From: an uncultured cyanobacterium
GTDB taxonomy: Bacteria; Cyanobacteriota; Cyanobacteriia; CAKZMO01
Length of the DNA: 64,000 bases
Direction: 5' to 3'
Assembly (NCBI GenBank): GCA_963719515.1
Contig: CAVRCJ010000014.1
Span: 160,001-224,000 of the forward strand
Shown piece by piece: positions 19,937 through 29,557 of the stretch. The position numbers and the translations under genes were made by a program. How positions within the stretch are numbered: position 1 is the stretch's first letter; each line of letters opens with the position of its first letter. Under the pieces are notes generated by a model. It was not told where the DNA came from and made no database searches. It saw nothing but the letters and a program-made list of their open reading frames with translations.

Positions 19937-20572
19937 TTACAGCAGTGGATCCGGTTGCGCAATGCGCTTGAGAGCCTGACACCGCAGCAGCTCATCTGCT
20001 GTACTCACTCGGCCTTCAATATCGGGCAGCGCCTTGATGCCCGCAATCAGATGATCCGCCGCCTCTGCTTCTGTATACCCCCGCCGAGTCGAAACCTGCA
20101 CGGCCTGAGCGTCGGCCTCAATCTCCGTCTGGAGACTGTGAACGGAGCGCCAAATCCGCTGGCCCGCCACCGCGCTCAGCCCCCCAAATACCACAACACC
20201 GGCAGCGTCTCCCCGAACGGCTTCCACTGCCAGCACCATCAGCCCGATGCCCAGCCCCCATTGGTACAATCCTGGTTTCACCCAGCGCACCGCTGTCCCT
20301 CTGCAAGAGGTTCGCAGCAGCAGCAGGTCTCGCTGAGCCTGGGGCAGCTGGTGCCATAGAGGCAGGTTAATCGCGATGGTGAAAATACGGCTCCAGGGTT
20401 TGGGCAATCTCGTCGCGATCGCCTTCTGCTGGCCAGGCTGGCTCACCAGTTTGCACCACATCAGCCCCGATGCGGGAAGTAGATCAGACAGTCTGCCCAA
20501 CTCAGCATCGCGGGCGGGCGGGCGGGTTTTCTGGCGTTTGGGCTTGGATGAAGAATCAGCAGTGTGGGTCAT
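19937..20572 (-). CDS. Conserved cyanobacterial membrane protein (DUF3318-like)
   Basis: ELGRLSDLLPASG, QRDLLLLR and EIEADAQA motifs; two TM segments. Confidence 0.75.
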   Translation of the reverse strand: MTHTADSSSKPKRQKTRPPARDAELGRLSDLLPASGLMWCKLVSQPGQQKAIATRLPKPWSRIFTIAINLPLWHQLPQAQRDLLLLRTSCRGTAVRWVKPGLYQWGLGIGLMVLAVEAVRGDAAGVVVFGGLSAVAGQRIWRSVHSLQTEIEADAQAVQVSTRRGYTEAEAADHLIAGIKALPDIEGRVSTADELLRCQALKRIAQPDPLL

Positions 20573-21780
20573 CGGGTGTCCATAAAGCGCTCGATACAGC
20601 GGACAAATAGCTCTACGCCCGTAGCTAGGGCGGACTCGTCAAAATCAAACTTGGGGTGGTGGTGGGGGTAGTCTAGGCCTCGCTCGGCGTTAGCGGCTCC
20701 TAAAAAGAAGTAGCATCCGGGCACCTGCTGCAGAAAGAATGACATATCCTCTCCGCCCATGGTCTGACAGTTTGGCACGACTCCGGCTGGGGTTTCCACT
20801 ACTGCTTCTGCCACCGACCGCACTAGATCGGCCATGGCTGGATCGTTGACGGTGGGTGGGTAGAGCTGCCAGTAGTCTAGCGTATAGGTAGCCCCGTATC
20901 CCTGACAAATTCCGGCGACGGTCTGCTCGACTTGACGGCGAAAGAAGCCGTTTAGGTCGTCGTCGAAGTAGCGCACCGTACCGGTCAGGGTGGCGGAATC
21001 GGCAATCACGTTGTGGGCCTTACCCGCGTGGAAGGAGCCTACGGTGACTACCCCAGCCTTGAGAGGATCGAGGTTGCGGGCTACGATCGCCTGCAGCGCG
21101 GTAACCACCTGGGAGGCAACGACGATTGAATCTATGGTCTGGTGAGGGATGGCCCCGTGGCCCCCTTTCCCGTAAACCGTGCAGTTGAACAGCTCTACGG
21201 CGGCCATCATTGGTCCGGGGCAAACGCCTACGGTCCCTAAGGGCAGATTGTTCCACAGGTGCAGACCAATAACGCCATCTACCTTGGGGTTATCAAGCAC
21301 GCCCGCCGCCACCATCGGTTTGGCGCCACCGCCGTCTACGCCTTCTTCAGCGGGCTGAAAAATTAGTTTCACCGTGCCCGCGATCTCATGGCGGTGCTGC
21401 TGCAGATAGTAAGCCGTGCCAAGGGCGATCGCCGTATGGCCGTCGTGACCGCAGGCGTGCATAACGCCGTCGTGCTGAGAGCGGTAGGGCACCTGATTGG
21501 CTTCTTGAATGGGCAGGGCGTCCATGTCGGCGCGAATGGCCAGCACCGGGCCGGGGCGGCTTCCTTCAATGAGGGCCACAATGCCCGTATGGGCGATGCC
21601 CGTTTGGTAAGCAATCCCCCACTCCGCTAGCTTCTGGGCGACAACGCTCGCCGTTAAATGCTCACAAAAGCCTAGCTCAGGCTTTTGATGAAACCCTCGC
21701 CGCCACTGCACGAGCTGGGGCTGAAGCGCTTGAATCGCTGGACGGACGGGAGCAGTGCTCAGCGTAGGGGCAGTAACCAT
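20569..21780 (-). CDS. M20 family amidohydrolase (N-acyl-L-amino acid amidohydrolase-like)
   Basis: RADMDALP, MHACGHDGH, FQPAEEG, GGEDM and HHPKFD motifs; ATG at 21780 preferred. Confidence 0.93.
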   Translation of the reverse strand: MVTAPTLSTAPVRPAIQALQPQLVQWRRGFHQKPELGFCEHLTASVVAQKLAEWGIAYQTGIAHTGIVALIEGSRPGPVLAIRADMDALPIQEANQVPYRSQHDGVMHACGHDGHTAIALGTAYYLQQHRHEIAGTVKLIFQPAEEGVDGGGAKPMVAAGVLDNPKVDGVIGLHLWNNLPLGTVGVCPGPMMAAVELFNCTVYGKGGHGAIPHQTIDSIVVASQVVTALQAIVARNLDPLKAGVVTVGSFHAGKAHNVIADSATLTGTVRYFDDDLNGFFRRQVEQTVAGICQGYGATYTLDYWQLYPPTVNDPAMADLVRSVAEAVVETPAGVVPNCQTMGGEDMSFFLQQVPGCYFFLGAANAERGLDYPHHHPKFDFDESALATGVELFVRCIERFMDTR

Positions 21781-21901
21781 AAAGAAAAATTTGCGGCAGT
21801 TTAGCGACAGTTTAGGCCGTAGCTCTAAACCGACATGCCTAGATTTTAGCGTCTTCACGAGCGCGCTTCAGCACTGTTGCCCTCCTTCCTCGTGAGCGAG
21901 C

Positions 21902-22555
21902 CTAAGCGGCAGAGACCAGCGCAGACAGCAGGAGCGATGGCGAGAAGAGGCGCTCTAGGTCTAGGCCAGATGCGGCAGTCGCCAGCGCGCTTTGGTCTGT
22001 CGTATCTGCCAAGTACGGCAGCATTCCCAATAGGGGAACTTGAGTGAGAGAGTGAATGAGGGCGCCCGCGTCAGCCGGTGTCTCAGCGTCAAGCGACTTT
22101 TGGTTGAGCACAATGCCCTTAAGATGCACCCGCTCCTGGCGCGCAAGCGCCACGTGGGCGATCGCCTGACCCACCATTCCAGCGGCCATCGGAACCACGA
22201 GCACCGTCGGCAGCCGCCAGTCCCAAGCGAGGTCGGCCACCGTTGCTTCGGGCGTTAGGGGGGTGCCTAGCTCACCCGGTAGCTCTAGCAAAACGGCCTT
22301 GCTAGACGGCTGGGTGCCGGAGGAACCGCTAGGGAGTTCGCTAGAGGAATTGCCAGAGCGATCGCCAGAGAGTGCGCTGAGCTGCTGCCAAACCTGGGCT
22401 AGATCCATCCAGCGATCGCCGCCGCTGGGCGGTGCTGCAGGTGTGAGCAGGGCTAGACGCTCTGAAGCGTAGGTCTGCCAGTAAGCGCCCAGAGCAGCGG
22501 CCAGAGTGCTCTTTCCAGCTTGGATAGCTGTTCCAGAAATCAGTAGCGTACTCAC
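21902..22555 (-). CDS. bioD: Dethiobiotin synthase-like P-loop protein (divergent)
   Basis: LLISGT..AGKS P-loop, TVADLAWDWRLPTVLVV, LKGIVLN and PLLGMLP motifs; central region short and degenerate. Confidence 0.7.
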   Translation of the reverse strand: MSTLLISGTAIQAGKSTLAAALGAYWQTYASERLALLTPAAPPSGGDRWMDLAQVWQQLSALSGDRSGNSSSELPSGSSGTQPSSKAVLLELPGELGTPLTPEATVADLAWDWRLPTVLVVPMAAGMVGQAIAHVALARQERVHLKGIVLNQKSLDAETPADAGALIHSLTQVPLLGMLPYLADTTDQSALATAASGLDLERLFSPSLLLSALVSAA

Positions 22556-22573
22556 AGACTTACACTCACAGAT

Positions 22574-24639
22574 TCAGTTTATGTTAACGATGCTTAAATC
22601 TACCATAAACGTGCTGGGACTCTCGGCCACGACGTCGATCTGGTAGTCTCCAGCGCGAGGAATCTGCGTCTCCCAAGCGCTCACGCCGCGAGCACCCCGG
22701 AGGACAGTGCCGTCAGGGCTGCGTACTGTAAGGGCCACTTCCCCCCGGAGAACTTCAGCCTTGAGAACCTGATTCGCCGCCGCCCGCAAGCGATACCGCT
22801 GAATCTGACGGGGGGCCGCTCGCCCAGACACGATGGTTCCCGTTGAGTTGAGGGGGAACTGTACGTTTTGAGATATGATCTCTGGCTCTGATTCCGGTTC
22901 GGGCTCGGGCTCAGGTTCCGGTTCGGGCGCAGGTGGGGGTTCGGGCGCAGGCTCAGGTTCCGGCTCCGGCGCAGGTGGGGGTTCGGGCTCAGGTTCGGGC
23001 CGGGTTCCGGCTCGGGCGTAGGTTCCGGCTCGGGCTCGGGTTCCGGCTCCGGCGTGGGACGGGGACGGGATCGAGGAGCACCGACTAGTTCGACCGTCAG
23101 GCTGTAGTCGCTCGTCTCAATGCCTTCAACGGGAGCCAGCTGGATGACATAATCTTCGCTGGACTTCAGCTCACCACTCCAGCTTTGAACCCGCCGCGAT
23201 CGCCGGCCTTCAACCGGACGCTCGTTAGCTCCCAAAACCGTCATCAGTACGCCTTCTTGGTCTAGATTGGCCGACAGGGTTTGGCCCCTCTCGGCACTTA
23301 CCACGTAGTTGATGGTTTCGTTTTGGAGTAGACTCCCCTTCACCACCCGCGGTTCTCCCAAGTCCAGGCCTAGGGGCTGACTATATTCCACAGGTCCAGA
23401 GGGGGTATCTGGCGGCGTCTCGATATCCGGCTGATCGGTTTCCACCACCGGAGACCGCTCTGGCGAATTAAATATCGCGTTGACGATGGCAAAAGCCCCA
23501 ACCGCCGTCACCACTGCCAGCGCCGCCGCGATCGCTAGCATGGACCAGAGGTTATCCCACACCGATTTCTCGCGGGGCGGCGGAGCCTGAACCGTATGCT
23601 GCCTCGTGGGAGAAGCAGTCGGACTCGTCGGACTCTGGGGCTGGGCCGAGCCCTGGGCCACCGTCGTGGGATTGGGGCGACCCACGGCAACCGTGCGCAT
23701 TTGGGAGGCCGGGGGCTGAGGCCGCGGGGGCTGAGGGCGTAGGGGTTGAGGGGCTTGGGTGGGGGGTGGCGTGAGTGCCGTAGAGGGAGAGGCCGTGGTC
23801 ATCAGCGGCATGGACTGCAGCGCTTGGGACAGCTCATCCACCGACTGGTAGCGATCGCTAGGGCGATAGCTCAGCATGCGCGCCAAAATCGGCATGAAAG
23901 AGGCGCTAGCGGGGATGTCCTGCCAGTTCCAGGTGAGGATGACGTCATCGAACAAATCTTGGGGTTCTTGGCCGCTGAGGAGCACCAGTGCCGTCACCGC
24001 TAGAGCATAGAGGTCGCTGCTGGGGTAGGCCCGCCCCGTCTGCACCTGCTCGCTGGGGGCATACCCCGGCTTGCCAACGGTGGTGGTCGGCGTTGTTTTC
24101 TCGGGCATCTGCACCCGGGTGACAATCTCTTTCACCACGCCAAAGTCGATCAGCACTGGCAGGCGATCGCGCTGCCGCAAAATAATGTTGTCTGGGGTGA
24201 TATCTCGGTGGATGATTCCTTTGCTGTGAATATGACGCAGCACGGGAATTAGCTGCTGGATGAGCGACGCGACCTCGGCTTCGGTAAACAGTTCCCCAGT
24301 CTGCTGGCGCTGGTCGAGCAGCTCGCGGTAGGTCTGGCCCTCAATGTAGTCCTGCATCAAGAACAGCCGGTCTTCCTCTTCAAACACCGCCCGAAACTGA
24401 GGCACCTGAGAATGCTGAATTTGATAGAGAATTTGAGCTTCTCGCTGGAACAGCTCGCGAGATTTTTCGAGGGCGTAGGGGCTGCTGGAGTTCGGCATAA
24501 ACTCCTTAATCACGCAGTTCTCTTCGAAACGTCCCTGATCTTGAGCGAGATAGGTGCGGCCGAATCCGCCTTGCCCCAGGACGCTCTGAATATGATATCG
24601 ATTTTGTAGAACGGTGCCGTTGGAGAGGGGTGGTTGCAT
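22574..24639 (-). CDS. Ser/Thr protein kinase (Hanks type) with TM helix, PE-rich linker and extracellular beta domains; one frameshift near 23000
   Basis: LGQGGFG, VIKE, HRDITPDN, DFG and SDLY motifs; the correct frame continues PEPEPESEPEIISQNVQFP... to the stop at 22574. Confidence 0.88.
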
Positions 24640-24744
24640 GGTGAACCGGCGATGATTCAACGCGGGGCTGACAACTTTACAGTGAAGGCTGCGGCTTGCG
24701 ATCGCAAGTCTCGCATCACAAACAAGTCTAAGGTAGAGTGAGGC

Positions 24745-24964
24745 AGTCCGGCATGTCAGCCGTGAATACTAGACCCAAATATTGAATTTCCCGCCCCCCG
24801 CTCCTTCTCACTCGCGTCAGGCTTTCTCTACCGCAGCAGCCCAGCAGCGCGAACAGGTGCGAAACCGAAAGGGCCACCAAAGGAGCAGCCCCACCGGGCT
24901 AAATCGCCGCTCCGGTAGGGCTGAAACGCAGTTAGGAGGTATCTATTGCAACGGTATCGGTACT
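24745..24964 (+). ncRNA. ssrS: 6S RNA
   Basis: 5' GTCCGGCATGTC...GACCCAAATATT and 3' GGGCTGAAA...GCAACGGTATCGGTACT resemble 6S conserved blocks as I recall them; 5' and 3' ends pair; sigma70-like TCGCAT-N17-TAGAGT immediately upstream. Confidence 0.75.
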
Positions 24965-25046
24965 CTGGCCCTATGTGCCTTTCTTTTAACAAGTTCTTAA
25001 GCTATGGCCAGCCCACAGGTGCTGAGACGATAGCTGAGCTCGGCCC

Positions 25047-25946
25047 ATGACGACGCAACGGCTTGGAACGCTCTACGGCGTGAGCGCCGGCCCGGGTGAT
25101 CCAGAGTTGATCACTCTCAAAGGGCTCAGGCTCATTCAAAGTGCTGCGGTCGTTGCCTTCCCGGCTGGCAAGGGCGATCGCCCCGGCGTGGCCCAGCGCA
25201 TCATCGCACCCTGGCTGCAGCCCCACCAGATCCAGCTGCCGCTGACGTTTCCCTACACCCAAGATAGTGAGGCCCTCGCTACAGCCTGGGCTACCGCCGC
25301 CGCAACCGTGGCCCAGCACCTCCAGCAGCACGACGTGGTGTTTGTCTCCGAGGGAGACGTTAGCTTCTACAGCACCTTTACCTATCTTGCCGAGTCTCTA
25401 CGCCAGCAGCTTCCAACGGCGACGATCACAGCGGTACCGGGCGTTTGCTCCCCTTTGGCGGCGGCGGCGGCCTTAGGGCTGCCGTTGACCTTAGGAGACC
25501 AGCGATTGACGGTGCTGCCGGCGCTGTATTCAGCCGCCAGTGTGGATGGTTCGAAGCTGCCTGTGCCAAGTCTGGGCACGGCAGGTCTGGGCACGGCAGG
25601 TCTGGGCACGGCAGGTCTGGGCACGGCAAATCTAGACGCTGCAAATCTGGGCCCGTTAAAGTCAGGTGTTTCAAATCTGGAAACAGCGCTCGATATCAGC
25701 GACGTCGTGGTTTTAATGAAAGTAAGCTCGGTGTACGAGAAAGTGTGGCAGGTGCTGCAGAATCGTCAGCTGCTGGAGACCAGCTCCGTTGTAGAATGGG
25801 CCACCGGAGAGCAGCAAACCCTATATCGTGGACTAGGCGATCGCCCCGGGCTGTCGCTGTCCTACTTCTCGCTGATGATTATCGAGGTTTCCCCCTCACG
25901 CTACGGTCGCCGCGCTCCTGCCAACCCCTCCCTCAACGATCAATGA
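25047..25946 (+). CDS. cobI: Precorrin-2 C20-methyltransferase
   Basis: GVSAGPGDPELITLKG, EGDVSFYSTF, VPGVCS, VVLMK and YFSL motifs. Confidence 0.93.
   Translation: MTTQRLGTLYGVSAGPGDPELITLKGLRLIQSAAVVAFPAGKGDRPGVAQRIIAPWLQPHQIQLPLTFPYTQDSEALATAWATAAATVAQHLQQHDVVFVSEGDVSFYSTFTYLAESLRQQLPTATITAVPGVCSPLAAAAALGLPLTLGDQRLTVLPALYSAASVDGSKLPVPSLGTAGLGTAGLGTAGLGTANLDAANLGPLKSGVSNLETALDISDVVVLMKVSSVYEKVWQVLQNRQLLETSSVVEWATGEQQTLYRGLGDRPGLSLSYFSLMIIEVSPSRYGRRAPANPSLNDQ
25571..25655. repeat. 15-bp tandem repeat inside cobI (LGTAG x4 plus degenerate units)
   Basis: TCTGGGCACGGCAGG at 25571, 25586 and 25601; variants at 25616, 25631 and 25646. Confidence 0.92.
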
Positions 25947-26078
25947 CGCCATTCGCCCGAAAGATATCTAACGCCAAAAGATATTTAACGCCAATGGATA
26001 AATTGGTTACCGTCCGTTCCGGATTGGGGTCCTGTCTGACTAGAATAAACTGTGTAACTTCCACCGCCCGCAGACCGA

Positions 26079-27227
26079 ATGAGCGCTATGCCAAACCGAT
26101 TTAGCTCAGTCTCTATTCGACGCATGATGCGGCAGCCGGGCTGGTGGGCTGCTGCTTCGTCCTTGGGGTTCCACGGGCTCCTGTTCATGCTGCTGCCCCT
26201 GCTGCCTACGCCGCCGTCCCTTGGCGACGACATCGACTCACGCACGGTATCAGTCTTTGAACTATCTTCGGCAGATACAGAGCGGTTGCCCAACTTCTTA
26301 GAGTCGGAGCTGTCACTGCCGCCTCTGCCCGACGCGCCCGCCCCTGAAGGTCAGCAAACTTTAGAACTTGAGCCCTACAAGTTTGACCTTGGTCCTAACA
26401 TTGTCGAATCTCAGCGGCAGTTTGAGCAGGCGCCCCGCTCATCGGCAAGCTACAGCTTTCCCAGCATCTTCCCCAACCTGCCTGACCCCAGCGTCTTCGA
26501 GCGCCGGCAGAGCGTTGTTATTCCGCCGCCGCCTCAAAGGCCACAGCAGCGTCCGCAGCTCGATATTGTCCCTATTCAGCCGTCGCCCCCCCAAGTGGTA
26601 GACGAAGCGCCCTCACCTACCGCGCCTGAGCAGGGGACCGCAGCGGATTTGCGGTCCCCCAACGGCCAGGAAACCCCAGCCGAACAACCCGACGCCGACG
26701 CCGACGCTGGCTCCAGCGGCGCTGCTCCAGAGGAACCCAGTCAAGTGGCTCGGGCTTCTGATCCGGCTCCCCCAGAAAGAATTGAGCTGTCGGAGGAGCA
26801 GCAGCAGGCCTACAACCGCCTCTACGGCTACAGCGCCAGCGGCACCAGCGCGGGAGAAGCCCAGGTGGCGGCAACGACCTGGCTGACGGAGGGGCTTGGC
26901 CTCAGCATTAGCGAGGTTGACATCCTCAGAAATCCGCTGCGTATGTCCATCAACTACCCCAAGGACGCCTGTGCCATCGGGGCGGATGAGGGGAGTTTGG
27001 TGTCTTACTACGGCGTCGTCCTAGGCGATGACGGCACCGTTTCTAGCGAACCGGTTTTAGTTCGCAGCTCGGGATACGGCGTCCTCAACCTGGAGGGGAA
27101 AGCGGCGGCTGCAGGCCAGACTTTTGAAGAGGCTAGCGGCCCTGCCCTAGTTGGGGTAGAGTTCGTCTACAGCGACGCTAATTGCTCTGTGTCGGAGGCG
27201 ATCGCCCGGGACGAGGCGGGTCAATAG
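26079..27227 (+). CDS. Pro-rich membrane-anchored protein with TonB-like architecture
   Basis: N-terminal TM with SxxxHG, Pro-rich linker, C-terminal YPKDAC...G.V..EP.LVRSSGY..LN domain. Confidence 0.65.
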   Translation: MSAMPNRFSSVSIRRMMRQPGWWAAASSLGFHGLLFMLLPLLPTPPSLGDDIDSRTVSVFELSSADTERLPNFLESELSLPPLPDAPAPEGQQTLELEPYKFDLGPNIVESQRQFEQAPRSSASYSFPSIFPNLPDPSVFERRQSVVIPPPPQRPQQRPQLDIVPIQPSPPQVVDEAPSPTAPEQGTAADLRSPNGQETPAEQPDADADAGSSGAAPEEPSQVARASDPAPPERIELSEEQQQAYNRLYGYSASGTSAGEAQVAATTWLTEGLGLSISEVDILRNPLRMSINYPKDACAIGADEGSLVSYYGVVLGDDGTVSSEPVLVRSSGYGVLNLEGKAAAAGQTFEEASGPALVGVEFVYSDANCSVSEAIARDEAGQ

Positions 27228-27232
27228 GCCGC

Positions 27233-28258
27233 ATGACGCAAGCTGACTTTAAAACGAAGCTACTGGACTCCGCAGATCGTCTGTTTGACCTGATCGACAG
27301 CTTTCACCGGGCGCGGGTCTTGGTGGCCGGAGACATCACCCTAGATGAGTTCGTCACTGGCGGCGTCGAGCGCCTGTCTCGGGAAGCGCCTGTCCTGATT
27401 TTGCGCCACGAGAGCACGCGTCAGATTCCGGGCGGCGGGGCCAATGCGGTCTACAACATCGCCAAGCTGGGGGGACAGGTGAAGGTGGTGGGGCTGGTGG
27501 GCGATGATAGCCAGGGGCTTGCCATTCGCCGCATCTTTACTGAGGCGGGCGTCGATACCGCCGGGCTGCTGCTAGACCGCGATCGCCCCACGGTGACTAA
27601 AAGCCGCATCTCTGGCCACGCTCGCCAGTCGGTAACCCAGCAGATTGTGCGAGTAGACCGCAAGTCGGATGACCCACCCCGCCCAGAGCTGATGCAGGCT
27701 CTAGCAGACTACGCAAAGACTCAGCAGGGCACAGTGGATACGGCGGTGTGCTCGGACTACGGCGATGGGGTGCTCAGCGCGCCGGTGATTCAAGCCATGT
27801 TGCGCTACGAGCGCGTGATTGTGGATGCGCAGCTCGATCTGCATCGCTACCCCGGCGCGACGCTGTTTACGCCAAACCTGCCGGAGGCGGAAAAGGCGGT
27901 GGGCTACCCTATCAACAAGCCGGAGCTGCTGCAGAGGGCAGGGAAAGACCTATTGTCCCTCACCCAAGCCGAAAAGATGCTGATTACGCGCGGTGAAGAA
28001 GGCATGAGCCTGTTTGAGCAGGATGGCCAACTGCACATTCCCGCCTTTAACCGCACAGACGTGTTTGACGTGACGGGGGCTGGGGATACGGTGGTGGCGG
28101 GGCTATCCCTATCGCTGAGCGTTGGGGCATCACCCTGGGAGGCGATCGTGCTGGGAAACCTGGCGGCGAGTTTAGTCGTGCGCCAATTTGGAACCGCAAC
28201 GACGTCGAGGGCGGAGATGAAGCGGGCGCTGACGGCGCTGCTAGAAAAGTTCCGGTAG
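27233..28258 (+). CDS. PfkB-family kinase, D-glycero-beta-D-manno-heptose-7-phosphate kinase-like (RfaE domain I)
   Basis: RLSREAPV, PGGGANAVYN, TPNLPEA, ITRGEEGM and DVTGAGDTV motifs. Confidence 0.88.
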   Translation: MTQADFKTKLLDSADRLFDLIDSFHRARVLVAGDITLDEFVTGGVERLSREAPVLILRHESTRQIPGGGANAVYNIAKLGGQVKVVGLVGDDSQGLAIRRIFTEAGVDTAGLLLDRDRPTVTKSRISGHARQSVTQQIVRVDRKSDDPPRPELMQALADYAKTQQGTVDTAVCSDYGDGVLSAPVIQAMLRYERVIVDAQLDLHRYPGATLFTPNLPEAEKAVGYPINKPELLQRAGKDLLSLTQAEKMLITRGEEGMSLFEQDGQLHIPAFNRTDVFDVTGAGDTVVAGLSLSLSVGASPWEAIVLGNLAASLVVRQFGTATTSRAEMKRALTALLEKFR

Positions 28259-28285
28259 GCGAGCCGACGTCAGGCGACAGGCGTC

Positions 28286-29443
28286 TTAGCTTTGAGCGGT
28301 CAGTGCGAGCTGTTGGCTGACGCCAATGCAGGTCTCTAGCGAGGCGTCTGTTTTGAGGGCAGCGGGATCGATGTGGGTAGGGGCCGCGCGATATCCCGCT
28401 GCCTGCAGCGCCGCTATGAGCCGCGATCGCGGGGGAAGATTGAGCCGTCCCCGCTTGCCGATGTCCTGCAGCCGAAAGAAATAGGGGGGCAGCGACGCTT
28501 CCGCGGTCATGACCTCCAAAAGGTCTGCCGCCTGTTGCCAACCCCAGCTTTGGGCCTGCGATCGCCACCGCGCTAGCGCCTCGGGCTCGTGCAGCGGCCC
28601 AAGCCACAGCGGGCCGCTCAGACAGAGGGAGTGACCAGCGCAGGCACAGCTGACGTGGCCCAGCTGCCGCCAGGTCACCGATTGGTAGTTGCCGCAGCGG
28701 TGACAGTAGCCCAAAAAACCGTAGTTGGCCTCCGTCAGGTTGGGCTTGGGCTCTAGCCGCAGCAGAGTACGGTAGATGCTGCCCCGCCGCAAAGACATCA
28801 CGGGGGTAATGCCTAGCTGCCTATTACAGGCCTCTTGCAAAACCCGGCCAATCATTAGCCGCAGCGCCTGCTCATGTTTAGCGGGGTGGTGGCGGGCGTA
28901 GGCTCCGAAGGCAGCGAGGCTTTTTTCGGGATAGCGGCCACAGCTGCTGCTGCCGTCGGTGTGGGTGAGGTAGAGCAGCCCCCCGATCTTGGTGGCCCAG
29001 AGGCTACTGCTGAGCCAGCTGCCGGGAGCCCCAAAAGCATCGACATCCACCAGGTCATAGTAGTCGCGCTGTCGGTAGCATTCGAAAAACACCTCATTGG
29101 CGTCTCGGTGGGTGAGACGGCACTGGCCTTGGGCGATCGCCTCCTGCAGGTTGTCCCGGAGGACTGGCCCGGCGTCTACATTGCTGTCGTTGGCCCATAC
29201 CTCGCTGGCCCCGCTCTCCAGCCAGTAGCGTAGCGATCGCACCCCGCAGCCGCTCATGGCGTCTAGCACCCGCAGCCCCCCGGTGTACTGCCGGTAGTCG
29301 AGGGCGGCAAGCACGCCTAAATCTCTTGAGATCGCCGACGCGGCGCGGTAGAACGCACCGCCGATGCGGAAGCGGGCCTGTCCCTCAGTGCTGTGTGCTT
29401 CAGCTTTAGCTTCGAAGGAGGCGGGAGTTATCTCTAATGTCAT
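28286..29443 (-). CDS. Trm1-like tRNA N2,N2-dimethylguanosine methyltransferase
   Basis: FYR...SRDLGVL, VLDAMSGCGVRSLRY, DLVDVDAFG, CHRC/CAC zinc motifs, GPLWLGPLH and THID..ALKTDA. Confidence 0.8.
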   Translation of the reverse strand: MTLEITPASFEAKAEAHSTEGQARFRIGGAFYRAASAISRDLGVLAALDYRQYTGGLRVLDAMSGCGVRSLRYWLESGASEVWANDSNVDAGPVLRDNLQEAIAQGQCRLTHRDANEVFFECYRQRDYYDLVDVDAFGAPGSWLSSSLWATKIGGLLYLTHTDGSSSCGRYPEKSLAAFGAYARHHPAKHEQALRLMIGRVLQEACNRQLGITPVMSLRRGSIYRTLLRLEPKPNLTEANYGFLGYCHRCGNYQSVTWRQLGHVSCACAGHSLCLSGPLWLGPLHEPEALARWRSQAQSWGWQQAADLLEVMTAEASLPPYFFRLQDIGKRGRLNLPPRSRLIAALQAAGYRAAPTHIDPAALKTDASLETCIGVSQQLALTAQS

Positions 29444-29557
29444 ACGTTGGCTAAAATCTATCGCGATGGAGAGGGAATATGACGCGCTTGCTTCTACTGT
29501 AAATCCTAGGTGTAGAAGAAAATAGCGCCAAACCGGTCTCCAATTCATTTTTAGTTC

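Noticed and set aside
24745..25046. Cobalamin riboswitch upstream of cobI
   Set aside because: No B12-box or AGGGAA...GCAACTGT core; the sequence fits a 6S RNA rod instead.
25445..26293. Overlapping alternative ORFs with repeats (GRSGH, CPDLP)
   Set aside because: They are other-frame readings of the 15-bp repeat in cobI or antisense shadows in GC-rich DNA.
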